This document shows positions 8,501 to 16,379 of a stretch of 64,000 nt of DNA, in pieces. Under the pieces are notes generated by a model that worked only from the letters and a program-made list of their open reading frames with translations, was not told the origin of the DNA and did no database searches. The DNA is taken from IMG/VR virus record IMGVR_UViG_3300017774_005745, positions 1 through 64,000 of that record; one strand, 5' to 3'. The first letter of the stretch is position 1. Every line of letters begins with the position of its first letter. This DNA is from a virus. The translations under genes were made by a program, and so were the position numbers.

Positions 8501-8848
8501 TACGCATCGGTCGAGGATGCCGCCAAAGACTTCGGAGTCGATGTCAAAGACGTGTACGCAGCCGGGTTCAAGCCCGGAGAGACCCTCTCTAAGGAAGCCC
8601 TCGAATCCCTCACGGCCAAGGGAGGCTCGGAACGCGCCCTCGCCGATGCTCAGGGTGGTACGAAGGGCGACAAGCCTAAGAGCAAAGACGATACACTCAT
8701 CGATACACTTACCAAGCAAAACGAAATCCTCAGTAAGCTCAGCACCAAGCTTGATACTGATAAGAAGGGATTCTTTGCATGGGGTAGCTCTGATGAGAAC
8801 GCCAATGCAGACCCAAAGACCGGTAAGACCGGTTTGCCACCTAATTGA
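5522..8848 (+). CDS. tail tape measure-like protein
   Basis: 1108 aa, very Gly/Ala/Ser/Met-rich and helical; directly upstream of hub/baseplate-like genes. Confidence 0.65.
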   Translation: MPTSYEVASMFAQQNQMFMGQAQFSQSIGVPVPPPPGPASIGGYSMGGPRGGGGGFNYGASGMMGYGAGNAIAGGVMSAGGAALQGGMALGGGLGMMALAGSGFGLPLAAGAMVGQASIGAMMGGAHQQSSMNTMLGSQYNFSNPSSRSGTGFSRGDAKSIGDMTRSLSHIPEMMTSFEELQGIMSRMKSSGAMQGVRSASEFQSKFREALSTIKETAKILGTTMEEAEQFFSASRGSGFYNKGSQIKNAVSAQFTSTVTGATVGQVAGLQQAGADMAMGYGARRGLGATAVTNMAQNIGLAQMSGRLREGAVEDVTGMQGPEAQMALAQKMFGGMMRFGQTAPGRLAMAGMMKYDESGRAIGVDESKAKRFNAGELSIDELKASASNLTDAQKKSFTARQSDLVASLAGQIGPGGAFTMMKGALGLRGDDDGTNLVMQRLTGMSAGEIDIAEGMQGVSGNSQAGAFARMRQRQSSQRERTDPGAIMKKVKTRLHSATVGKLEQVGADIQNSIAKGVDEFFDDLVGREVSTLTEEKAVILSKAFSGSNSAQAKEMIASLTKTGSAAAKASTTSERLGRVGMSTLFGGAGLLSGARAAVKEFGGVDSGIAGLLAGLSGGMTGGQESDLAKKLYGTDSVSGQAAMAAKFRSGNVAGKGAEAAVASLLSGADLTGKSEFQKADFLTGGLRDKVSSAAGKLPAGFRDPEQIKRVSRDTLEAQMKSSGLSEEEKGVLRSFQDAASNPAGGNIYAQMAAASGAGSIVGAALGAGKSSAQLQKALLKSEEQLTNAVGEAGASFVKGSAKNAKAFGEVAKDSSLQVALASALETGDYESARKEINAKLGPGEKMSEAEVKALAEASKGLGKMDSKQIGAVQAAIKSYGDQSTAVASKEFFKNVARQGQELTDTALGGSKGDAQRELGKAMGDFEAELAAAGDDPAKQKAVMDKFGSKFSAYADSFKGLKGKALEEALSAGGSTGSQAYAALMKKEKFGSKKYASVEDAAKDFGVDVKDVYAAGFKPGETLSKEALESLTAKGGSERALADAQGGTKGDKPKSKDDTLIDTLTKQNEILSKLSTKLDTDKKGFFAWGSSDENANADPKTGKTGLPPN

Positions 8849-8860
8849 GGAGACTAAGTA

Positions 8861-9070
8861 ATGAGCGTGCGAGACGAAATCGAAAGTCGTTTCAATGTTG
8901 AAGGAAGTCCAGTCATCATCAAGCTCATCAACAACCCGACTATTGATGATGTCATCAACACAGAGGCCAGAGTGCAGGCATCTGGGTTTGAGACTGGACG
9001 CGACCTCTCTACGAGGGTAGTTTCCAGGTCTCTGCGTGACTACCTCATCCGATTGGGGATTGAACTATGA
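8861..9070 (+). CDS. hypothetical protein (69 aa)
   Basis: SD GAGGAG; ATGA overlap with the next ORF. Confidence 0.7.
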   Translation: MSVRDEIESRFNVEGSPVIIKLINNPTIDDVINTEARVQASGFETGRDLSTRVVSRSLRDYLIRLGIEL

Positions 9071-10380
9071 GTCTTGTCACTATTCAGGTTATTCCTGACA
9101 GACAGAGGAATCAGTTCGACTCCCAACTATCCACCTCTCGTACTCCTGGTGGCGGGCTTACGTCGAACACCATTCGACGCCCTACTCGCGGTATCACGAT
9201 TAAAGAAGACACGTATGCCACCATGCGTGTTGTGAAGGGGGATGGACAGACCATCCTGCTCACAGACGCCGGAGGTTCTCAGGGCTCTCGAACCGCTCGT
9301 CAGACTGATATCTATTCTAACTTCCTGCTTCAACAGGTTGCTGAAGAGAGAGCAGAGAAGCAGCAGATTCTTGAGACCTTCGGAGAGCCGTACATCTTTC
9401 TGTTTGGAGAGCGCCCAAGAATGGTAACGTTCTCTGGAGTTCTTCTCAATACGTTCGACTTCAACTGGGAAGCCGAGTGGTGGGATAACTACGAGAACTA
9501 CCTCCGTGGAACGAAGTGCGTAGAGAGTGAAGCCCGTGTCTACATCGCGTACGATCAAACGCTCGTAAGCGGATACATCATTGCGAGCTCTGCTTCGAAG
9601 AACTCCAATGATAAGAACTTTGTGAACTTTCAGTTCACTCTGTTCCTCACCGGCTATGCCACCTTTTCGAACCTCGGAGACGGCACTGCCGTTGAAGATA
9701 GATACATCACTAAAGCCGACAGGGCACAGCTCAATGCCATTGGAGAGATTACCCAGACTCCTACTGCTCTCTCTACAGGTAATGTCGCTACTCCAAGTCA
9801 AATCAGGAACGCACCTTCTCTATTGGATGGTCTGACGTCTGGATTGGCGGAAGTTCAGAAGACATGGCAACGGGCACAAGACATTGCCAACTCCGCTGCC
9901 CAGACACTCTCCAACCTGGCTCGCGGAGATATCCTACGAGTTCCTGTTGGGTTTGCCGGTGCATTTGCCTACGATGACGCCGACATTGTCCGGTCTAAGC
10001 AGACTCCTTCAGCTTGGTACGGCGTTCTTCGGTACTCCGAGTTCAATAAGAACGTTGATGAGTATGTAGGGTCCTCTTCTCAGTATGGTTCATCTTTCAC
10101 AGCCAATGTCCTGTACGAAGATGTTGCGCTGACTCAGAAGAGAAACCAAGACCTGGTCAATCAAGCCCGCATCTCATGGAATCGGGCCGGGTTCTCCATC
10201 CCATCGGAGAGCGAAGCACTTGTTTCGAGCTTCATCATTCGAAACGGCGTAGGTCTTATCCCTGTCGGAAGCTCCGCCGTGTGGCAGACCGCTCAAGCAG
10301 CAAATACAACTCTCAGCGTTGCGAATACTTCTCCGCTTGAGGCCATTCGTGCCGTCTCGCCAGTTCCAGTAGTTGGGTAA
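9067..10380 (+). CDS. putative tail tube initiator / baseplate protein
   Basis: Position after the tape measure gene. Beta-rich N-domain ETFGEPYIFLFGERPRMVTFSGVLLNT resembles tube-fold initiators. Confidence 0.45.
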   Translation: MSLVTIQVIPDRQRNQFDSQLSTSRTPGGGLTSNTIRRPTRGITIKEDTYATMRVVKGDGQTILLTDAGGSQGSRTARQTDIYSNFLLQQVAEERAEKQQILETFGEPYIFLFGERPRMVTFSGVLLNTFDFNWEAEWWDNYENYLRGTKCVESEARVYIAYDQTLVSGYIIASSASKNSNDKNFVNFQFTLFLTGYATFSNLGDGTAVEDRYITKADRAQLNAIGEITQTPTALSTGNVATPSQIRNAPSLLDGLTSGLAEVQKTWQRAQDIANSAAQTLSNLARGDILRVPVGFAGAFAYDDADIVRSKQTPSAWYGVLRYSEFNKNVDEYVGSSSQYGSSFTANVLYEDVALTQKRNQDLVNQARISWNRAGFSIPSESEALVSSFIIRNGVGLIPVGSSAVWQTAQAANTTLSVANTSPLEAIRAVSPVPVVG

Positions 10381-10390
10381 GGTGACCTAG

Positions 10391-13300
10391 ATGCCTGAAG
10401 GAATCGGAAAACCACTGCGTCTTCGTTTATTCCTGGAGGGGCAGGAGGTTCCTGTCATCTCTGCTTCCGTCTCTATTGTACCCAACTCCCCAGCAACGGC
10501 TGCCATTCAAATCGTTCCTCTTGACCAGGGTATGGATTTCTACCCTCGAACGATGGTGCATCTATTCTACCTTGACCAGACCTCCATGCTACCGGAGGAA
10601 TTGGCGTTGGCGAAAGAGAGGGGCATCCCAGAGACGGAGGAGAGGCTTAAGTACCATCTTCTGTTTGCGGGTGAGACCGTCGGGTACGCATTTGGACAGA
10701 GCCCAGACCAGCGAAGCTTGGTTCTTCAGTGTCTGGACTTCTCCAGTTACTGGGAAGCGTGCCATGCGACGGCGATTGAGTACGGTCCAAACGGAAACGC
10801 ATTCTACAATCAGTCGGCGCTCTACGGGTCTAACACTGCGCTGTTCGATGACATCGTCAACCACCAGGGCGAGGTCATCAGCAAGTGGCTGCAGCAAACT
10901 CCAAAGACTCCAGGACTACAGAACATCTCCGGCCTCGCTGGAGGTGTGATTGTTATGTTGGAGGCTATCGGTGGAGTTCCAACTCGGTTCAAAGGAGTTA
11001 ACGACTTCTTTACCTTTGCAGAACTGAGGACTCGCCTACTTTCTCAGATTGTGGCGGAAGAGAATGACTCGTCTGCATCTCGGTTGTTCTCTGGAAAGAT
11101 ATTCGATGAATGGCTCCGCCATGGTCTTCAGAACATGGGCCAGCAGGTAACATTCAGAGACATGCTGAAGTTACTCTGTAGCTACATCTACTATGACGTC
11201 GTCCCAAATCCGGCCTCGAAGTATGATGCAACTATTACTGGGACAGAGACTGGCACGTACGCCACTACCGAGCTCTCTCAGAACGTAAACGTAAGAGCGG
11301 CCCTTGCCTCCCTAACGACGTTAAAGAATCGGATCTTTGGCGCTGCAGACTTCGAATACACGAACAAGACGCCCATCATTCGATTCGCAAACCAGACCTC
11401 AGATGAGCTTGGTCAGATTGTGACGAAGTTGAATGCTGTTGGCTCTATTGCTCGCGGTATCTCATCTTTTGTGGGACAGGCTCAGGTAACCTTACAACTC
11501 CTTGCAGCAGACCTCACTAATGAGAGTCCTACTGTTGAGCAGTTTAAGATTGCACTCAACAATACGAATATCTCCATCCAAAAAGCGATCGACGTCATTA
11601 ACTCTCCGAACCAGGAGAAAGTCACATTCAAGACAGGCACAAAATCAACATCGACATCGTCCCGACTCCGCTCCCAGGTGTTGCGACCAGACTGTTTCTT
11701 CGCTCCTGCTCCGAGATGTAACGTCATCTTCCCAGAACACTTTTCTCAGGTCTCTTTCGATAGAATGTATTTGAGCGAAGTCACTCGGTCGTTGACGTTG
11801 GCATACGATACTCTCATCGGTAAGGACCAGATGCTGTCGAGAGGTGTGCTCGCTCCCAACCTCGGTCTCGACATCAAGAAGCTCGAAAAGCAGGCTGGGA
11901 CCTCTGGATATCGAATCCTGATGCCGCATGAACGGCATACTGGAATCATTCCAAGAACAGAGTGGCTCGCGAATACGGCATCGTTCGATAAGAAGACGTC
12001 TTCTGACAAAGACAAAGTAGTTGGTGCTCGATTGAGTTGGGTCAACCGAGCTGCTATGTTTCACTTCTTCAAGTATCGGTTTGGCCCTCGGAAGGTCGCC
12101 GTTGCCGGGAAGTTTAATCCCTCCATCGTGTGTGGATTCCCTGCGGTAGTCATTCTCAAGCCGTTCACACCGAAAGAGTCGTCCCTTCGAGAAGCTCTTA
12201 GTATTCAGGAATCAGATGACATCAATACTACAGACAGGAAAGTACTAGACTTGGTGCAAACGAACGGCACAACAGAGAAGCCGCTCGGAGCTCCGTATCA
12301 GTTGTTGGGGATGGTAGGGTCGGTGAGTCACAACATCGACCAACGTGGTGGAAGTACCTCGGTCGAGATGCACCATGCTCGAAAGCATCTGGGGTCTGAC
12401 GACGAGTTCGTTGGTATCTTCTCAGAGAATACTGGCACGAGAACACGGCGGATTCGAGTCCCAATTACATCCGATGTCGCTCTTGCTCAGGCGAATGCGT
12501 CTTCGAAGGACAGTCTCCTTCAAGCACTCGTAGGTGTCACTCCTCAGGTAGCAGCCGTCGGAGGTTCGAAGACTGTCATTCAGAAGTCCACGAACCCAAA
12601 GTCTTACAAAAAGAACTCACGTCGACCAACTGTCCCTCCGCAGATTCTTACAAGAAACGTCCCTACGTCTACTGAGAAGACAGAGACTACACCTGCTTCT
12701 CTCGTCGACCCCAAGGGACGAATCACTGGGGTCGATAGAGAAGTAGCGGTGCCTAAAGGTGGCGGTACCAAGATTACAGTCGGGTCCAATGCCCTCTTCG
12801 GGGCAAAGGGTAAAATCGTAGGTATCGAAGTAGTAGACTCAGGAACAGTAGAGATACTCTCCGGTACCTACACAGGCCGCCAGGTCTTTCGGTCTGTCAT
12901 CGTTCACGAGGACGTCCAAGTCACGGCAACCGAGTCTGTGCCTGTAGAGGAGATTATCCGCCCGACCTGGTTCTCGCCGAAGTACAAGAACGCTCGAATT
13001 GGGGAAGAAATCTACAGACCCTTCTTTGGGACTACCTCTGTCATTGACGAGCTCGCCTTTACTGGGCTTGCTTCAGAGATTGTCTCGACGACAGACTCTC
13101 CAGAAGGGGATGTGTTCGACCCAAAGGAGAAGTTCCAAGACATTCAAAAGGCGCTCTCTACCAAACAAGACAACATATCGAAGCTCTCCATTGAGAGAGC
13201 AGTCAACATCATCTCCTACTTCTACGGCATGGTGAAAGCTCAGGGGAAGGACGTTGACCAGTTCGTAAGGTCATTCACCTTTAGACCGATTGCTACGATG

Positions 13301-13588
13301 GTTGATATCTTTGGCACATCCGACCTTTCCATCGATTACGACGCAAAGGGAGTTCCGACCATAACTGCAGGAAAGCCTGGATTCCATAGTTTAGCGGTAG
13401 ACCCAAAGGGAATCGACCTCGGAAACTTGACGGGCCTTCTCCAGGAGCCGGATCGTCTACTCCCTCGCATCAATAACACAGGAGACAAAGCCCCCATCCC
13501 TCCTGTATACGATGTTCGTAAGCAGAAACTCGACCAGGTCCGTCTCTACGTAAAAGCTTTGAGCAGTGGCCCTGGACTTAGGGGCTAA
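10391..13588 (+). CDS. putative baseplate hub protein
   Basis: 1065 aa. N-terminal LRLFLEGQEVPVISASVS...AAIQIVP is typical of hub proteins; also supported by gene order. Confidence 0.5.
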   Translation: MPEGIGKPLRLRLFLEGQEVPVISASVSIVPNSPATAAIQIVPLDQGMDFYPRTMVHLFYLDQTSMLPEELALAKERGIPETEERLKYHLLFAGETVGYAFGQSPDQRSLVLQCLDFSSYWEACHATAIEYGPNGNAFYNQSALYGSNTALFDDIVNHQGEVISKWLQQTPKTPGLQNISGLAGGVIVMLEAIGGVPTRFKGVNDFFTFAELRTRLLSQIVAEENDSSASRLFSGKIFDEWLRHGLQNMGQQVTFRDMLKLLCSYIYYDVVPNPASKYDATITGTETGTYATTELSQNVNVRAALASLTTLKNRIFGAADFEYTNKTPIIRFANQTSDELGQIVTKLNAVGSIARGISSFVGQAQVTLQLLAADLTNESPTVEQFKIALNNTNISIQKAIDVINSPNQEKVTFKTGTKSTSTSSRLRSQVLRPDCFFAPAPRCNVIFPEHFSQVSFDRMYLSEVTRSLTLAYDTLIGKDQMLSRGVLAPNLGLDIKKLEKQAGTSGYRILMPHERHTGIIPRTEWLANTASFDKKTSSDKDKVVGARLSWVNRAAMFHFFKYRFGPRKVAVAGKFNPSIVCGFPAVVILKPFTPKESSLREALSIQESDDINTTDRKVLDLVQTNGTTEKPLGAPYQLLGMVGSVSHNIDQRGGSTSVEMHHARKHLGSDDEFVGIFSENTGTRTRRIRVPITSDVALAQANASSKDSLLQALVGVTPQVAAVGGSKTVIQKSTNPKSYKKNSRRPTVPPQILTRNVPTSTEKTETTPASLVDPKGRITGVDREVAVPKGGGTKITVGSNALFGAKGKIVGIEVVDSGTVEILSGTYTGRQVFRSVIVHEDVQVTATESVPVEEIIRPTWFSPKYKNARIGEEIYRPFFGTTSVIDELAFTGLASEIVSTTDSPEGDVFDPKEKFQDIQKALSTKQDNISKLSIERAVNIISYFYGMVKAQGKDVDQFVRSFTFRPIATMVDIFGTSDLSIDYDAKGVPTITAGKPGFHSLAVDPKGIDLGNLTGLLQEPDRLLPRINNTGDKAPIPPVYDVRKQKLDQVRLYVKALSSGPGLRG

Positions 13589-13594
13589 CCTTTA

Positions 13595-13623
13595 TTGGCA
13601 CTTGTGTTGTTTTCTTCTAGTCT
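13595..13623 (+). promoter_or_regulatory. sigma70-like promoter (TTGGCA-17-TAGTCT)
   Basis: Intergenic, canonical spacing, preceded by TTTA. Confidence 0.4.
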
Positions 13624-13649
13624 CGTTGCACACCTCTGAGGACCCTACA

Positions 13650-13955
13650 ATGACACCATCCGAACTAAAGGCACTCCGTTCTGGCTTCAACGATGAACTT
13701 GAGAAGATTGCTGGCTTCTCGCGCAGCGGCACCCGGCCGTTCAAGGCAGCTACCCTGCTCGCCAAGAAGAAGCTCGTCAAGAAGTCAATGATGAAGAAGA
13801 TGGGCTCTGGTCCGGAGCAAGCCAAGAAGCTTCTTGGTGGAAAGAGGAAGGCATTGGCTCTTCTCGCAGCAGGGGCCATCGGTGGAGACCAATTGAAGAA
13901 GGCAAAGGACGACTGGACTCTCGGTCGCCAGGTTCGCCGTCAACAGGGGATGTAA
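13650..13955 (+). CDS. small basic protein with DELEKIA motif (putative internal virion protein)
   Basis: Start moved to ATG 13650 (SD GAGGA). GFNDELEKIAG; Lys-rich, with a LLAAGAIGG segment. Confidence 0.7.
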   Translation: MTPSELKALRSGFNDELEKIAGFSRSGTRPFKAATLLAKKKLVKKSMMKKMGSGPEQAKKLLGGKRKALALLAAGAIGGDQLKKAKDDWTLGRQVRRQQGM

Positions 13956-13956
13956 C

Positions 13957-14349
13957 ATGCACTCCCTGGGGATCTTCTTTCAAAAGACGGCTGAAAGAAA
14001 GAAGCCGGTGAGTGAGAGGGTGGTTGATGTCGGTGCTCCGATGTTAACTGGCTCTGCCGTTGGGCGCACTCTTGCGGACCTTTCGCTGTCGACTGCGCAA
14101 GGTGCATCACCCAGAAGAAAGACCGTGGGGACTATCCTCGGGGCCGTTGGCGGTCTCGGTTGGCACAAGGCACAGGACGACAAAGAGAAGCGTAGGAAAG
14201 CATACCGAGCGTCACTCAAGAAGACGGCTGCCTTGGTAGGGAAGACCCCGTCTCAGTTTCTCGGTGTAGCGAAGAAGTCTAAGTCGATACATCAACTTGC
14301 CCCCAAGATTGGACGTAAGGGGCTTCTTCCAAAGATTGGAACTCCATGA
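13957..14349 (+). CDS. small basic protein with K-x-A motifs and a glycine-zipper segment
   Basis: FFQKTAE, LKKTAA, GTILGAVGGLG; coupled to neighbouring ORFs. Confidence 0.7.
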   Translation: MHSLGIFFQKTAERKKPVSERVVDVGAPMLTGSAVGRTLADLSLSTAQGASPRRKTVGTILGAVGGLGWHKAQDDKEKRRKAYRASLKKTAALVGKTPSQFLGVAKKSKSIHQLAPKIGRKGLLPKIGTP

Positions 14350-14795
14350 GCAAGAACAAAGAAGCTGTCGGTAATCTAGGTGCAGAAGAACTCAACTTCA
14401 TGAGACACGTACGTCTTACTCGTAACGATACGAGAAAGGACCTGACCAATCTCTTCCAGACCTCTCCTCAGAATCGTGAGCGAGACCAGGCGCTCATGAA
14501 GAAGTTGTTTGTCCAGGCCGACGGTGCGATGACCATGGCGGACAACCTCCTCAAGACTGCCTCTGCGTCTCAGATTGAGTCCTTTGAGAAGATTAAGGTG
14601 GCCTACAATGTCCACCACTTCTTTGAATCAGGGGCGCACCTGACGGAGGCTCAGAGACGGTTCCCAGAGCTCCGAAAGGTAGCTGCTCGTAGTGGGCAGC
14701 CTGCAAGGCCTGCAGTGTCTCTCAAGAAGCAGGTATCTGCTCCAACGACAGGCTCCACGGGCTCAAACACCACCATGTCTGGAGCTTCTACCTAA
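14346..14795 (+). CDS. hypothetical protein with K-x-A motifs
   Basis: NKEAV, LKTAS, IKVAY, RKVAA; ATGA overlap with the previous ORF. Confidence 0.7.
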   Translation: MSKNKEAVGNLGAEELNFMRHVRLTRNDTRKDLTNLFQTSPQNRERDQALMKKLFVQADGAMTMADNLLKTASASQIESFEKIKVAYNVHHFFESGAHLTEAQRRFPELRKVAARSGQPARPAVSLKKQVSAPTTGSTGSNTTMSGAST

Positions 14796-14798
14796 CCC

Positions 14799-15644
14799 AT
14801 GTCCGACGCCACCGAAAATTCAGAGGCCATTCAGTGGGTCCTTGAGAAGATCTCGGCGGCTCGTGTGCCCGCTCCTCGACCTGTTCCTGTCTTCAAGTTC
14901 GATGCGTCGAAAGACACTAAGAAGAAGGAACTCGGAGCGAAGAAGAGCTCTGAAGTTGAGCTCTGGAAGACGTGGAACACAGGAGGGAGGAAACCCGAGC
15001 ATCTGGATCCTCTCCTCAAGTCCATGCAGCCTCTCATCGAGAATCGTGCGAGGATCTTCAAGAACAATGTGGAGATCCCAAACGCTGCTATCGACTTCGA
15101 ACACAAGAGACTAGCAGTCGAAGCCTTCCAACGGTACGACCCATCCAAGGGTACTCAGCTCGGTACGTGGGTTCAGAACTACCTCAAGAAGGCTAATAGG
15201 TTCATCCAGACCCACCAAAACGTAGCTCGTATTACTGAACCCATCGCAGGGAAGATCGGTAAGTACAACGCAGCCAAGGCAGACCTTACCGAGCGCCTTG
15301 GGTTTGAGCCAGACTCTCAGACGCTTGCAGAGCACACCGGTTTCTCGATGAAAGAAATCAAACGGCTCTCAAAGGACCAGCGTAAGGGACTCATCGCCTC
15401 AAACAGTCTCGGTGGTGATGCAGCCTCTGCGGCTTTCCTCTCCTCTCGTGAGCAGGAAGTTGTTCAGCTTATCTACCACCAGCTGACTCCTGAAGAGCGG
15501 TCCGTTCACGAGTACGTCTTCGGTCTGTATGGAAAGCCTGCCCTCAAGTCGGGTGATATCGCCAAACAGCTCAAGATGGATGGGTCAAAGGTAGCGAAGC
15601 TCAAGTCGTCTATCTTCAGGAAAATGAAACCACACCTGGAGTAA
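14799..15644 (+). CDS. phage RNA polymerase sigma-70-family factor (group 3-like)
   Basis: Region 2: AVEAFQRYDPSKGTQLGTWV. Region 3: LTERLGFEPDSQTLAEHTGFSMKEI. Region 4 HTH: LTPEERSVHEYVFGL...SGDIAKQLKMDGSKV. Confidence 0.88.
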   Translation: MSDATENSEAIQWVLEKISAARVPAPRPVPVFKFDASKDTKKKELGAKKSSEVELWKTWNTGGRKPEHLDPLLKSMQPLIENRARIFKNNVEIPNAAIDFEHKRLAVEAFQRYDPSKGTQLGTWVQNYLKKANRFIQTHQNVARITEPIAGKIGKYNAAKADLTERLGFEPDSQTLAEHTGFSMKEIKRLSKDQRKGLIASNSLGGDAASAAFLSSREQEVVQLIYHQLTPEERSVHEYVFGLYGKPALKSGDIAKQLKMDGSKVAKLKSSIFRKMKPHLE

Positions 15645-15647
15645 GCC

Positions 15648-15857
15648 ATGTCAACTCGTGCGTCTCGACTGAGCGATCTCGAACAGACCGCTAAGCAGTA
15701 CATCGCTGCTGAGAAGAAGCGGGCGGAGAATCAGGTAAAGGTGCTTGAGGCAGTTCTCAGTGGTAGGACAGGTGGGGCAGGTATTCAGAAGGTTGCAGTT
15801 ACGGTGGTCTCTGCTGTCGCAAACGCGGACTTGGCTGCATACCTGAGAGGTTCCTAA
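15648..15857 (+). CDS. hypothetical protein (69 aa)
   Basis: ORF in an operon; TAATG coupling to the next gene. Confidence 0.65.
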   Translation: MSTRASRLSDLEQTAKQYIAAEKKRAENQVKVLEAVLSGRTGGAGIQKVAVTVVSAVANADLAAYLRGS

Positions 15858-16171
15858 TGGAAGAGCTCATCCAGCTCATCACCAAGACCTACGGCATTGT
15901 GGGACTCATCATGATGAGTCCGTTCATCGGTCTTGTCTATGTTTGGCGACATAGCCACAAGGTACAGGAAGACGCGGATAAGAAGAACACTGAGCTGCAG
16001 TTGAAGATTAACGAAGTAAACGAGAAGCGAGTCTCAGACTTTAAAGAGGTCAGTGAGCGGCTCATCAAAGTCATTTCTTCGAGTACATCTACCTCTAATG
16101 AGACGAACCTTCTCCTAGAGAGACTCGGTGACTACCTTTCATCTGCTATGCAGTCTAAGAAGGGGGAGTAA
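15857..16171 (+). CDS. holin-like membrane protein (one N-terminal TM segment plus coiled coil)
   Basis: YGIVGLIMMSPFIGLVYVW followed by a charged heptad region; BhlA/UviB-like layout. Confidence 0.45.
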   Translation: MEELIQLITKTYGIVGLIMMSPFIGLVYVWRHSHKVQEDADKKNTELQLKINEVNEKRVSDFKEVSERLIKVISSSTSTSNETNLLLERLGDYLSSAMQSKKGE

Positions 16172-16173
16172 CC

Positions 16174-16368
16174 ATGCACCCTAAGAAGAAAGAAAAGAAC
16201 GCAGAACATACACCGGGGCGGTCTGTAACGAGTGAGTTTGAGCTCGTTATCAAAGAGCTAGACGAGACGGTAGAACGAGACCAGAACGCCAAAGAGGCGT
16301 GCTCTGTGAACTCCAAGAAGCTTAAAGACAGTATTCCTCCCACCCGCTCTGAGAGACTGAAGAAGTAA
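16174..16368 (+). CDS. hypothetical protein (64 aa)
   Basis: SD GGGGAG; lies within the operon. Confidence 0.6.
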   Translation: MHPKKKEKNAEHTPGRSVTSEFELVIKELDETVERDQNAKEACSVNSKKLKDSIPPTRSERLKK

Positions 16369-16379
16369 GAGGAGGTTGT

